A DNA stretch of 64,000 nucleotides, taken from contig OX597842.1 in NCBI GenBank assembly GCA_951406725.2, positions 16,926,001-16,990,000 on the forward strand, given 5' to 3'. Source of the stretch: Octopus vulgaris. Its lineage: Eukaryota. The notes below the pieces were generated by a model. That model was not told the DNA's origin, made no database searches, and saw nothing but the letters and a program-made list of their open reading frames with translations. Within the stretch, counting starts at the first letter, position 1, and the number at the start of each line of letters is the position of its first letter. A program made the translations under genes and the position numbers. Shown here piece by piece: positions 27,520 through 40,866 of the stretch.

Positions 27520-27950
27520 AAATCCTAAATCCCAGCGGGATTCGAAGTCAAAATGTAAAGTTTCATGACTGAATACTAAAGATATTTTATCAGTCGATTC
27601 ATGATTTCTACAAATCCATCCATGTCCTTTCCATTCTCTGTGGAAATGAGAAATAATAACTGTAAACCGAATGTAACGAAAGCACAAGTCAGCTATAGTA
27701 TTTTATATAATAGAATTATAAAAACAATTTTAGTAATAATCTCTCTTTATTGATTCATATTATATGCCTCTTGTATGAATAAAATACTTACTCTACCAGG
27801 TCTAGTCAGAAAACCAGACCTGATAAAGAAAAAAATGGAGTAAGTTTTGAATTTAGCAGGCAAAATCACTTGGAATTCATTGAAATATTCCAGGCCCCAG
27901 ACAAGAAAAAATTTGCCCAGTGTTATTAATTTTAATATTCAACAACAGCT
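27520..27950. repeat. Left arm segment of the inverted segmental duplication (mirror of ~53970-54350)
   Basis: CAGGTCTAGTCAGAAAACCAGACCTGAT here vs ATCAGGTCTGGTTTTCTGACTAGACCTG at ~54091. Confidence 0.85.
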
Positions 27951-28234
27951 TCGAATCTGGGCATGCTAGCGTTGTTGTTGTTGTTGTTGTTTAACCACAG
28001 GTTTGATTTAGTAACCTTTTATAGGTAAGAAACTTGAGAGCGTGCAATAAGAACAACATTATCCAATGTTTTTCTGAAAGGGAGAGTATTTTACTAAATA
28101 TTTGGTTATAATATTTAATATTTTAGTCCTGCTCAGGGAGTAAAGTATACGGTGAATGAAGTCTACGAAAAAGGAGATGGCTAATTAAAAGTTAGGTGCC
28201 GACTAACATACTACTATTATTATTCTTATTCTTA

Positions 28235-28824
28235 TTCAGTAGTTTTATTTTTATAGCGTGCTTTCACTTGAGCGCAGCTCTGGTATGTGCTGTGATTTGT
28301 TGTGATTCTGATTTATTGTATGGAAAGTCTGTAGATGTGTGCAGTGCCTAGTAGTGCAATTTTCTGTATGTTATATGTGTTTGTAAGTCCTGCTGAATAT
28401 TTTTTTATCATGCCTAATACCTACTATGATAGGAATTGTTTCGGATTCCACATTCTAGTTACCTCTATTTCCAGATCTTTGTATTTTGAGAGTTTCTCCA
28501 TTTCTTTTAGACACGTTGTCATCTGCCGGTATTGATACATCAATTAGAAAGCATTTTTTCTTCATGATCTCTGACAACTATATCTGGTCTGTTGGCCTTA
28601 ATTTCTCTATCTGTGTGTATCGGCATATCCCAGAGTATGGTTGCTTTCTCGTTTTCTGTGACCTTTTCTGGTGTGTGCCTATAATTCCATAATGTTGGCA
28701 TAGCTTCCAATGGATGTAGGTTCCAACTCTGTCATGTCTGTGAATGTATTCCTTCTTAGCCAGGACTGGGCAGCTAGAGATAATATGATTTATTGTTTCT
28801 TGTCCATCTCACATATTCTGCAGT

Positions 28825-28825
<1 letters not shown>
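28235..28825 (-). mobile_element. R4/Dong-like 3' fragment (zinc motif + RLE) next to (TAA)n
   Basis: CRIC..ETINHIISSCPVL..RHD, ILWD..IKANRPDIV..LIDVSIP..EKLSKYKDL across frameshifts. Confidence 0.8.
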
Positions 28826-29275
<450 letters not shown>

Positions 29276-29954
29276 AAATTTATATATGCATACACACACA
29301 TATATATACATATATATATATATACACCTTGTATATATATATATATATATTATAGATTTATATAAATATTCATATTTACATATACATACATACATATATA
29401 TATACATATACATATACATGATATACATATATATATACATATACATACATACATACATACATATATCTTTAACTATACATACATATAAGAGTATATATAT
29501 ACATATAGTCTCTTATCGCCCGGCGTTGCTCGGGTTTGTAAGGGAAATAATTATATAAGCTTTTTAGAGACCATCTCAATATGTAACCACAAAGGGGAGG
29601 GGTGTTACTGTAGCTTTTTACGTTCTGAATATAATAAATTTTAGAGAGTTACTTCCCTTATATAAAAATGGATTAAAAATAAAAATTGATATAAATTTTT
29701 TTTAAATCGTATCATCGTAGACGCGCGCTAATACCCAGACGGTCTCGATTACACGACTATAAGATACCCGTTTTGGTTAAACTGCACCGCAAAATGTGGG
29801 AGTAGTTAGGAATCTAAATCGTAGGAGACAGACACACAACCTCAGCATTTACATAATATTGTCTCTTTCTTTCTTTTGATCTTGTTTTTATATACTGTTA
29901 CAGAGATGTACTTGCATGTGACTGATCTGAGATCGTGTGCTGGAACGAAAACAG

Positions 29955-30212
29955 TTGCAGCGTTGAAGGTGTTTATAAGCCATTTAAGAAACACACAAAA
30001 ACCGTTAGATTCACTTCAACATTTAAATTTAATTTGTCAAAATATTTTCATCGCTTTGAGACCGCGACCTGTTAGCACGATATTTTTGTCAGTGAACAGG
30101 TCGCGGTCTCAAAGCGACGAAAATATTTTGACAAATTAAATTTAAATGTTGAAGTGAATGTAACGGTTTTTGTGTGTTTCTTAAATGGCTTACAAACACC
30201 TTCCACGCTGCA
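29955..30212. repeat. Palindrome (~118-bp arms) with a degenerate hammerhead topology at 30085-30135; second copy at 34262-34520
   Basis: TTTGTCA-GTGAACA-G-GTCGC ggtctcaaa GCGAC-GAAA-ATAT-TT-TGACAAA. Confidence 0.7.
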
Positions 30213-30564
30213 ATATATATATACATATATATATATATATATGTATGTATGTATGTATGTGTGTATATGTGTATGCATGTATGTGTGTGTGTGTGTGCGT
30301 GTCTGTGCTTGTGATTGTCCTCCACCACTGCTTGACAACGAATGTTGGTTTGTTTACATCCCAGTCACCTAGTGGTTTGACAAAGGAAACAGATAGAATA
30401 AGTACAATGCTTACAAAAATAAAACGAGTTGATTCATTAAACTACAATTCTTCAAGGCATTGCCCCAGCATGGCCACAGACCAATGGCTGGAAAAAGCAG
30501 AAGAATAAAAGAATACATTTTCTGCTTTGGTCTTATGTTCAAGGCATGAGAAAGCTTGAGTTTA

Positions 30565-31290
30565 CATGAGAAAGCCTAACAGACCTGGTAGAAACAGCAG
30601 CCAAATCTCCCTCAAAACACACCTTACTGTCTTATCTATGTATATATGTATGTATGAGCCTATGAGGGAGACCCCTACATGGCAGCTAGACCTGGTAGAA
30701 ATAGCAGCCAAATTTCCCCAAAATCACACCTTACTGTCTTATCTATGTATATATGTATGTATGAGCCTATGAGGGAGACCCCTACATGGCAGCTAGACCT
30801 GGTAGAAATAGCAGCCAAATTTCCAGGTCCCCCTCATTGGCTCATATATATATACATACATAAGTATGTATATATATATGAGCCAATGAGGGGGACCCCT
30901 ACATGGTAGCTAGACCTGGTAGAAATAGCAGCCAAATTTCCCCCAAATCACACCTTACTGTCTTATCTATGTATATATGTATGTATGAGCCTATGAGGGA
31001 GACCCCTACATGGCAGCTAGACCTGGTAGAAATAGCAGCCAAATTTCCCCCAAATCACACCTTACTGTCTTATCTATGTATATATGTATGTATGAGCCTA
31101 TGAGGGAGACCCCTACATGGCAGCTAGACCTGGTAGAAAGAGCAGCCAAATTTCCCCCAAATCACACCTTACTGTCTCATCTATGTATATATGTATGTAT
31201 GAGCCTATGAGGGAGACCCCTACATGGCAGCTAGACATGGTAGAAATAGCAGCCAAATCTCCCTCAAATCACACCTTACTGTCTTATCTT
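30565..31290. repeat. 107-bp minisatellite (~6.5 units)
   Basis: Unit TATGAGGGAGACCCCTACATGGCAGCTAGACCTGGTAGAAATAGCAGCC... at 30661, 30768 and onward. Confidence 0.92.
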
Positions 31291-31783
31291 TCTGCTACTT
31301 GGATATAGGTGTTATATTCGTCGTAAAAAACTTTCCTGTCACACACTCACGCACACGCACACACACACACACACACACACGCACCCTCACACACACACAC
31401 ACACACACCCACACACACGCACGTTAGCTTACAATTTTATTTATATATTTGCGTGTCTATGTGTGGAAAGAGGAAGTGGGAGGCAGAGTGAAAGAATCAC
31501 TCACTACAGTAAGTGAATTACTTTCATTTTATTCGTTGCCAACTGTGTGTGTGCGTTTGCGAGTGGTGTAAACCAGACTAAGAAAAGCATTTGACACACA
31601 CACCAGAATGTGAGTTTTCTGTAAATTTTGCTTAATTGGAGTTTAAATTTTAAAAACTGGACCTGGCATGACGCGATGCATTGTACTCTTAAAAATGCAA
31701 GGTAAATTGTAATTGAAGAAATCCTATATTGTAGATTTGTATAACTCCCAAAGGGAGGCAGATAAAATCTGCCTTTTATAATA

Positions 31784-31820
<37 letters not shown>

Positions 31821-31831
31821 TATGTGTATAC

Positions 31832-31876
<45 letters not shown>

Positions 31877-31877
<1 letters not shown>

Positions 31878-33662
31878 TAGCAGTATCGCCCGGCGTTGCT
31901 CGGGTTTGTAAGGGAAATAACTATATAAGCATTTTTAGAGAGTTATAGCCAAAAAATAGCAAAAAATGCATTAAAAATGGAAAAAATATGATGGTAAATT
32001 TTTTTAAAATCTTTGACTCATCGTAGACATTTTTAGAGAGTTACTTCCCTTATATAATAGCGAAAAAATGCATTAAAATGGATAAAAAACGATGGTAAAT
32101 TTTTTTTTAAATCGTAGACTCATGTAGACGCTTTCTTAGCCATTTCTGTTTTGGTGTCTTCAAGCCATGAAGTCGTTGTTCTAAAAGAACACTGGTCTCC
32201 TTGACAACGCATTACGACGTTGATTTCCTTACACTCCCTTCCCCACAGGTGCAGGTGTGAGCGTGGACGCCAACTCCGCCGCCATCGACACACGAAAAAT
32301 TATGCATTAAAATGGAATAAAAAATGATGTTAAATTATTTTTAAAATCGTAGACTCATCGTAGACGCGCGCTAATATTCAGACGGGCTCGATATGAATCA
32401 CGACTACAAGCTACCCGAATTTGGTTAAACTGTACCGCAAAATGTGGGAGTAGTTAGGAATCTAAATCGAAGGGGACAGACACTCACACAACTACAGTTT
32501 TATATATATATAGATATACATAGCGCAGTAGTGGTGAGATATGACAGCAAAGAAAAGCATACATTCACTCTCTGCATGCAATTAGACTCGGAAAGTTCGT
32601 GAGGAACCCATTGACCCAATTTGCTGACTTTTCCGATAGCACACAGGTGTCAATGAATGGTTGAATGACCAAATCCAAGCTTCTCTGCTAGTTCCTCAAC
32701 AGTTACGATGAGATTTTGTTCCACCAGGGTTTTCAGGATGTCCTTGTCGAGTTCTACAGATCTTTCAGGATGAGGCTCGTCTTCTAGGCTGTAGTTTATG
32801 GCTCGGGATTTCTGGAACCACCATTGACACTGCCTTACGCTTATTGTCCAATCCCCATATACTGCATTAATATTTCTTGTACTTTGCACACATTTATATT
32901 CTGTTATTCTTTTATATGTTTCAGCCTTGAGGTTGTGGCCATGCTGGATCATGTGTGTGTGTGTGTGTGTGTGTGTGTCTATCTGTCTGTCTGTCTGTAT
33001 GTATATATGTATATGTATGTGTGTGAACAATAATATTTTCAACAGATGTGTTGCAAATGTATCTGATTGTTCTCAAGCTTCAATACTGTGTGTGTGTGTA
33101 TGTGTGTGTGTGTATGTATGTATGTATATGTATGTATGTATGTATATGTATGTATGTATGTATGTGTGTATGTATGTATGTGTGTGTGTGTGTATGTGTG
33201 TGTGTGTATGTATGTATGTATGTATGTATGTATGTATGAGTGTATGTTTACTTTATTACTAATTACTCTCTTCCAAGAACATTTTCACTCACTCTTAGCT
33301 CTTAGCTTCCCATACATTTTACTCATGTATCTATCAGCGTCATGGACAGAATACTTTCACTTTAGTCTTCCTCAAATCTCTCTGTCGCTATTTACTTTCA
33401 TTTTATTCGTTGCCCACTGTGTGTGTGCGTTTGCGTGTGGTGTAAACCAGACTAAGAAAAGCATTTGACACACACACCAGAATGTGAGTTTTCTGTAAAT
33501 TTTGCTTAATTGGAGTTTAAATTTTAAAAACTGGACCTGGCATGACGCGATGCATTGTACTCTCAAAACTGCTATGTAAATTGTAATTGAAGAAATCCTA
33601 TATTGTAGATTTGTATAACTCCCAAAGGGAGGCAGATAAAATCTGCCTTTTATAATAAGAGA
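31877..33662 (-). mobile_element. Composite Helitron 2 carrying a mariner fragment
   Basis: 5' TCTCTTATTATAAAAG (33662); 3' hairpin + CTAG (31880-31877); inverted, internally shorter copy of 44345-47388. Confidence 0.75.
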
Positions 33663-33702
33663 TATATATATATATGCATATGTGTATACATATATATATA
33701 TA

Positions 33703-34538
33703 CTAGCAGTATCGCCCGGCGTTGCTCGGGTTTGTAAGGGAAATAATTATATAAGCATTTTTAGAGATGTAAAGTATAATAGCCATCTCAATATGGCTAA
33801 CCACAAAGGGGGAGGGGTGTTACTGTAGCTTTTTACGTTCTGAGATTTAATAATAAATTTTAGAGAGTTACTTCCCTTATATATGTCAAAAATGGATTAA
33901 AAATGGGAAAAATTGATGGTAAATTTTTTTTTAAATCGTAGACTCATCGTAGACGCGCGCTAATACCCAGACGGTCTCGATATGAATCACGACTATAAGA
34001 TACCCGCTTTTGGTTAAACTGCACCGCAAAATGTGGGAGTAGTTAGGAATCTAAATCGTAGGAGACAGACACACAACCTCACTTTTATATATAAAGATTT
34101 CCTCTATTTACATAATATTGAGGTCTCTTTCTTTCTTTTGTTATCTTACTGTTTTTACCAATATACATATATATATATATATATAAATATATATATAGTT
34201 ACAGAGATGTATTTGCATAGCAAGTGACTTGATCTGAGATCGTGTGCTGGAACGAAAACAGTTGCAGCGTTGAAGGTGTTTATAAGCCATTTAAGAAACA
34301 CACAAAAACCGTTAGATTCACTTCAACATTTAAATTTAATTTGTCAAAATATTTTCGTCGCTTTGAGACCGCGACCTGTTAGCACGATATTTTTGTCAGT
34401 GAACAGGTCGCGGTCTCAAAGCGACGAAAATATTTTGACAAATTAAATTTAAATGTTGAAGTGAATCTAACGGTTTTTGTGTGTTTCTTAAATGGCTTAT
34501 AAACACCTTCCACGCTGCAATATATATATACACACATA

Positions 34539-34569
<31 letters not shown>

Positions 34570-35263
34570 GTGTATATGTGTATGCATGTATGTGTGTGTG
34601 TGTGCGTGTCTGTGCTTGTGATTGTCCTCCACCACTGCTTGACAACGAATGTTGGTTTGTTTACACCCCTGTCACCTAGTGGTTTGACAAAGGAAACAGA
34701 TAGAATAAGTACAATGCTTACAAAAATAAAACTGGAGTTGATTCATTAAACTACAATTCTTCAAGGCATTGCCCCAGCATGGCCACAGACCAATGGCTGG
34801 AAAAAGCAGAAGAATAAAAGAATACATTCTCTGCTTTGGTCTTATGTTCACCCTCACACACACACACACGCGCACACACACACACTCACACACACGCACG
34901 TTAGCTTACAATTTTATTTATATATTTGCGTGTGTATGTGTGGAAAGAGGAAGTGGGAGGCAGAGTGAAAGAATCACTCACTACAGTAAGTGAATTACTT
35001 TCGTTTTATTCGTTGCCCACTGTGTGTGTGCGTTTGCGTGTGGTGTAAACCAGACTAAGAAAAGCATTTGACACACACACCAGAATGTGAGTTTTCTGTA
35101 AATCTTGCTTAATTGGAGTTTAAATTTTAAAAACTGGACCTGGCATGACGCGATGCATTGTACTCTTAAAACTGCTAGGTAAATTGTAATTGAAGAAATC
35201 CTATATTGTAGATTTGTATAACTCCCAAAGGGAGGCAGATAAGATCTGCCTTTTATAATAAGA
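33703..35263 (-). mobile_element. Composite Helitron 3
   Basis: 5' TCTTATTATAAAAG (35263); 3' hairpin + CTAG (33706-33703); carries the palindrome and a SINE piece. Confidence 0.7.
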
Positions 35264-35315
35264 TATATATATATATATACATAGGTATACATACATATTA
35301 ATATTTATATATATG

Positions 35316-35355
<40 letters not shown>

Positions 35356-35472
35356 TGTATGTATGTATATATAGATATGTATTTGTATATACGTATATAT
35401 ATATATATACATACATACAGATTGATAGATAGATAGATGGATAGATAGATAGATAGCTAGATAGATAGCTAT

Positions 35473-35547
<75 letters not shown>

Positions 35548-35763
35548 TACGACGGGTCCTTCTAGTTCCAAATCGATTCACAGGTTTTGAGGCTTTGACA
35601 AACCCGAGGCTGCAGAAGAGGCCCTTTCGCAAGGTGACACGCTGTGGGGCCGAACTCGGATCCATATAATTAGGAAGTAACACACAGACCCACCTACCCC
35701 TATATATATAGATATATATATACGCATAAATACACACACACATGAACACACACGCATACACAC

Positions 35764-38321
35764 ACAACAGCTCGCTAATCACTATCCTAAGACTTATTAC
35801 CCTCATTTCATATCTATTTCTTTATTTTAAATCTAAAATAAATCATAAATCACAGCAACATTCGAAATCAGAACGTAAAGTTTCAAGACAGAGTAGAAAG
35901 GATGGTTGATGAGTCAAACCATGATTTCTACAAATCCATCTCCGTCCTTTCCATTCTCAACGGAAGTGGAAAATGAAAATGGTAAACCGAGTGTAATAAA
36001 AACACAAGTCAGATACAGTATTTTATATTATAGAATTATAAAAACAATTTCAGTTAATATCTCTCTTTTCATTCTTAATATTATTAATTTACTTACCTTT
36101 AAGATTCATGACTTTTACAGAGTTCGTTAAGTAAACTTTAATTTTAGTTGCAAAATCGACCAACAAGACGTGTCTCACTGCAAACAATAAGCTTCTGCCT
36201 TTTAATGTTCCCTTTTCCTAGTCTCGATAAACAAGCTTTCTTTTATTTATTCCTATTCTCTTCGTTCTGATAATTTAAGAATAACTTCAGGATATTTCAC
36301 AGTTGATTTCTTTTTGCATTGGCTTCTAAAAGACGATGTCTTTAAAACAATCTCTCCCGAGTTCTTCCACCCTTGTAAAAATTGACGGCCAACTTGAACT
36401 TTCTTTTCCTCTTACTCCAGAAGTCGTCGCCAGGTAATTTCACTTTTCGTTAAATAAGTTCTTCAATTCCAGGTCTTATATTCGTTTGTCTTTCTCTCCA
36501 GAATGCTTTGCTCTTTAGAAGGTAAATAAATTATCAGTTTTACCCGTAGCTTTGTTAGGTTATCAACAGCAACTGTTTCTATCCATCGATCTTAGCAACT
36601 AAACCACTTGAAACAAGTCGACTGCGTTTGTATGCATGGTGAGCGAAACGATTTTATTTTAACTTGGCAATATATCGATGGCTTTAAATTTTTCATTATG
36701 CGCTAGATAAATTACACTTAATGCCCTTGAAAAAAACTGTGGTCAATGAGTACAGGAAGAGAATCGAAATCTTATTGAAATAAAGCCATGCTTTGGATTG
36801 TATTTCGATTTAAAGTAAAAGTTGATGATGTTCCCCTAGAAAGGAATGAATGCTACGAATTCCCCTTTGAATTAGGAAACAAAATTCTTTCAATATTTAG
36901 TGTAATCCAGCGTTGTGAGTTCGGATTTGGCCAAGATTATATTCACTGTTAATGCTAGATTTGACATCGACTGAAACGAGTACAAGAGTACAAGATATAT
37001 GTGTGTGTATGTGTGTGTGTGTGTGTATAAATGAATATATAAGTATACGTCTGTCTTCTTTTTACTTATGTAAACTATGGTTATTTAAGCGCGTAAAATA
37101 TTCATACTACATTACCTTTTGAGAAAATAAAAAAAATATTTACTTATAACAAATCAATCAATATTATCTGTTGATTAACCTCTAGTTTTCTTTTCACAAA
37201 CAGAAGCTAGGGGTTATCAATATTTCCCTTTTGTAAAGCGACGTGCTGTCTGAATCGTTGCCGCGCACGTGCAAAATTGTCAGCGGCATTACATCTGCCT
37301 ACACGTTCTGAGTTCAAATTACACCACGGTCAGCTTTATCTTTTATCTTATCGGGGTCGATAAAATAAGCACCACTTGAGCACTAGTATCGATGTAATCG
37401 ACTTAAACCTCCACTGAAATTGCTGGCCTTGTGCAAAAAGTTGAATAAAATTATTTATTTGGTTTATGTCTCAACGTTTCAAAGAGTCACCGGATATTTC
37501 TTGTTTGAACTTGTAACTTCTGTTAAATCAATCAGCATTTATAATTATTCATTCTTAGTATTCTCTTAATTCGTGAGCGTCGTAGCTAGGCTTTAAAAGG
37601 GTGCATTTGTTTGCGGAGGTGCACTGGCCCTGTTTTTAGGGTAGCGGACACGCGGTCAGAGGATCGCGATTTCGATTCCCAGACCGAACTTTGTGTGTGT
37701 TTATTGAGCGAAAACACATAAAAGCTCCACGAGGCTCCGGCAGTGGGTGGTGGCGACCCCTGTTGTACTCTTTCGCCACAACTTTCTCTCACTCTCTCTT
37801 CCTGTTTCTTGAGTAGTGCTGCGATGGACTGGCGTCCCGTCCAGCTGGGGGGGGGGGGAACACATACGCCATAGAAACCGGGAAACCGGGCCCATGAGCC
37901 TGGCTAGGGTTGAAAAGGGCGAAGAAAGAAGAAAAGACATATAGGAAAACAAAACATCAGAACACAGGACCTGGCGTCAGTCCTGCTTCTCCTCAGCTCA
38001 AAGATTTGAGCATGTCGACTACAACATCGGGGCCAACATCGTGCATGCATGAAGGCATGGTTGGAAAAATGCTGCTCCTCTAAATGGAAACCCTGTCATT
38101 GTGGTTTCGTGGCACGAAGCAAAGCAGGCCTTACTTTTTACTCGTTTCAGTCACAATGCGATTAGCATTGTTTTAGCCTCCGAACGACGCCACCCCGCCG
38201 GCTAAGCGAATAGGCCAACAGAAGAAAGAGTGAGGGAAAGTTGCGGCGAAAAAGTACTGTAGGTATCGCCACCACCCACTGCTGGAGCATCGTGGAGCTT
38301 TAGATGTTTTCGCTCAATAAA
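35764..38321. repeat. Left arm of the inverted segmental duplication (mirror of 51428-53977)
   Basis: Continuous high reverse-complement identity, including shared SINEs and unique sequence. Confidence 0.92.
36097..36109 (-). CDS. Left gene ATG exon (MNLK-G), within putative exon 36097-36177
   Basis: gtcATG AAT CTT AAA G|gtaagt; phase 1 joins GA ATG GAG at 16631 to give MNLKGMETT; same motif at 53644 and 58806. Confidence 0.7.
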
Positions 38322-38373
38322 CACTCACAACGCCCGGTCTGGGAATCGAAACCGGAATCGAAACATATATATG

Positions 38374-38422
<49 letters not shown>

Positions 38423-38534
38423 TACATGTATATATATATGTATATATATATATATGTATATATATATGTATATATATATATATGCATATATATATATATG
38501 TATATATAATATATATATATGTATATATAATATA

Positions 38535-38749
38535 TACTCTTTTACTTGTTTCAGTCAGTTGACTGCTGCCATGTTGGAGCACCGCCTTTAATCGAGCAAT
38601 TCGACTCCGGGACCTATTTTTTGTAAGCCCAGTACTTATTCTATCAGTCTCTTTTGCCGAACCGCTAAGTAACGGGAATAAAAACACACCAGCATCGGTT
38701 GTCAAGCAATGCTAGGGGGACAAACACAGACACACAAACACACACACAC

Positions 38750-38799
<50 letters not shown>

Positions 38800-38962
38800 G
38801 ACGGGCTTCTTTTCAGTTTCCCTCTACCAAATCCACTCACAAGGCTTTGATCGGCCCGGGGCTAAAGTAGAAGACACTTGCCCAAGGTGCCACGCAGTGG
38901 GACTGAACCCGGAACCATGTGGTTGGTATACAAGCTACTTGCTACACAGCCACTCCTGCGCC
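38535..38962 (-). mobile_element. SINE family A, full length
   Basis: Same head and tail as the other family A copies. Confidence 0.85.
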
Positions 38963-38991
38963 TATATATATATTTAATATATATATAGTTG

Positions 38992-39049
<58 letters not shown>

Positions 39050-39052
<3 letters not shown>

Positions 39053-39332
39053 GTGTTAGGAGCACCTGCTCGTGAAATTAACGTGCAAGTGACTGAGCAA
39101 TCCACAGACACGCGTACCCCTAACGTAGTTCTCAGGGAGATTCAGCGTGACAGAAAGTGCGACAAGGCCGGTCCTTTGAAATACAGGTACAATTCATTTT
39201 TGCCAGCTGAGTGGACTGGAGCAACGCGAAATAAAGTGTCTTGCTCAAGGACACAACGCGTCGCCGGGAATCGAGCTCACGAACTTACAATCGTGAGCCG
39301 AATGCCCTAACCACTAAGCCACGCGCCTTCAC
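39050..39332 (-). mobile_element. tRNA-derived SINE (family C-related)
   Basis: Reverse complement of GTGAAGGCGCGTGGCTTAGTGGTTAGGGCATTCGG...GAGCTCGATTCCCGG. Confidence 0.75.
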
Positions 39333-39340
39333 TGTTTATG

Positions 39341-39391
<51 letters not shown>

Positions 39392-39805
39392 ATATATATA
39401 ATATATATATATATGTATATATATATGTATATATATATATGTAAATATAATATATGTATATATAATATATATATATATATGTATATATATTATATATGTA
39501 TATATATAATATATATAAAATATATATATATAATATATATATATATATGTATATATATATAATATATATATATATATAAATTATATGTATATGTATATAT
39601 AATATATATATATATATTATATGCATATGTTTATATAATATATATATTATAAAATAAATATCAGAGAATGGTCACTATATGGCTCACTCTAGCACCAGTT
39701 AATCCAAAAGGTTTCAACCACAAAAATACATGTTTCCCATGAAAGTCAGTACGATTGTTAGCTCACACGGACAGGGCAAATAAAAAATAACAAAAATACA
39801 GATTA

Positions 39806-39887
39806 TTTTGGGACAATTGTTTCGCTATTAATGAATTAAATGTAATTTTACTTACAAAAAAATCCACTTGTAGCTCGTCAGCCAAAA
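39806..39887 (-). ncRNA. Type I hammerhead ribozyme (minus copy; second copy 40339-40420 has a stem I mismatch)
   Basis: Exact reverse complement of the plus-strand motif. Confidence 0.85.
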
Positions 39888-40784
39888 CTATCTGGATGAA
39901 ATCCACTCAATCACACGCCAGATTTTACCATAACGATAAATACGCGTGTGGTTCAATTGATTACATCCGACGTTATAATTCAAATTCCCCAACTAACAGC
40001 GCGCCAAACTTTCACGGAAAACAAATACAGCATTTAGAAATAAATGCAGCATAATTATAATTAATTAATAAGGGTGAGAGAATTAGATACTAATTTAATA
40101 GAATATCTATTCAACACCAAGTGGCCTAGTGCTCCGAGAAACCTGGATTATTATAATATTTTATAATATATTATAATATTTACAAAATAAATATAAGAGA
40201 GTGGTCACTATATGGCTCACTCTAGCACCAGTTAATCCAAAAGGTTTCAACCACAAAAATACATGTTTCCCATGAAAGTCAGTACGATTGTTAGCTCACA
40301 CGGACAGGGCAAATAAAAAATAACAAAAATACAGATTATTTTGGGACAATTGTTTCGCTATTAATGAATTAAATATAATTTTACTTACTAAAAAATCCAC
40401 TTGTAGCTCGTCAGCTAAAACTATGTGGATGAAATCCACTCAATCACACGCCAGATTTTACCATAACGATAAATACGCGTGTCGTTCAATTGATTACTTC
40501 TGACGTTATAATTCAAATGCCCCAACTAACAGCGCGCCAAACTTTCACGGAAAACAAATACAGCATTTAGAAATAAATGCAGCATAATTATAATTAATTA
40601 ATAAGGGTGAGAGAATTAGATACTAATTTAATAGTATATCTATTCAACACCAAGTGGCCTAGTGCTCCGAGAAACCTGGATTATTATAATATTTTATAAT
40701 ATATTATATAATCAATTGAACCACACGCGTATTTATCGTTATGGTAAAATCTGGCGTGTGATTGAGTGGATTTCATCCAGATAG

Positions 40785-40866
40785 TTTTGGCTGACGAGCT
40801 ACAAGTGGATTTTTTTGTAAGTAAAATTACATTTAATTCATTAATAGCGAAACAATTGTCCCAAAA
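40785..40866 (+). ncRNA. Type I hammerhead ribozyme (first of six plus-strand copies)
   Basis: TTTTGG-CTGACGA-GCTA[43-nt loop]TAGC-GAAA-C-AATT-G-TC-CCAAAA; predicted cleavage after GUC at 40860. Confidence 0.9.

Larger units (their letters stand above)
29505..31786 (-). mobile_element. Composite non-autonomous Helitron 1
   Basis: 5' TCTTATTATAAAAGGC at 31786; 3' hairpin CCCGAGCAACGCCGGG with a degenerate terminus at ~29510; direct paralog of 33703-35263 plus a minisatellite. Confidence 0.6.

Noticed and set aside
30565-31290. Regular repeats resembling a CRISPR array, and repeated small ORFs
   Set aside because: Whole 107-bp units repeat with no unique spacers; eukaryotic context, no cas genes
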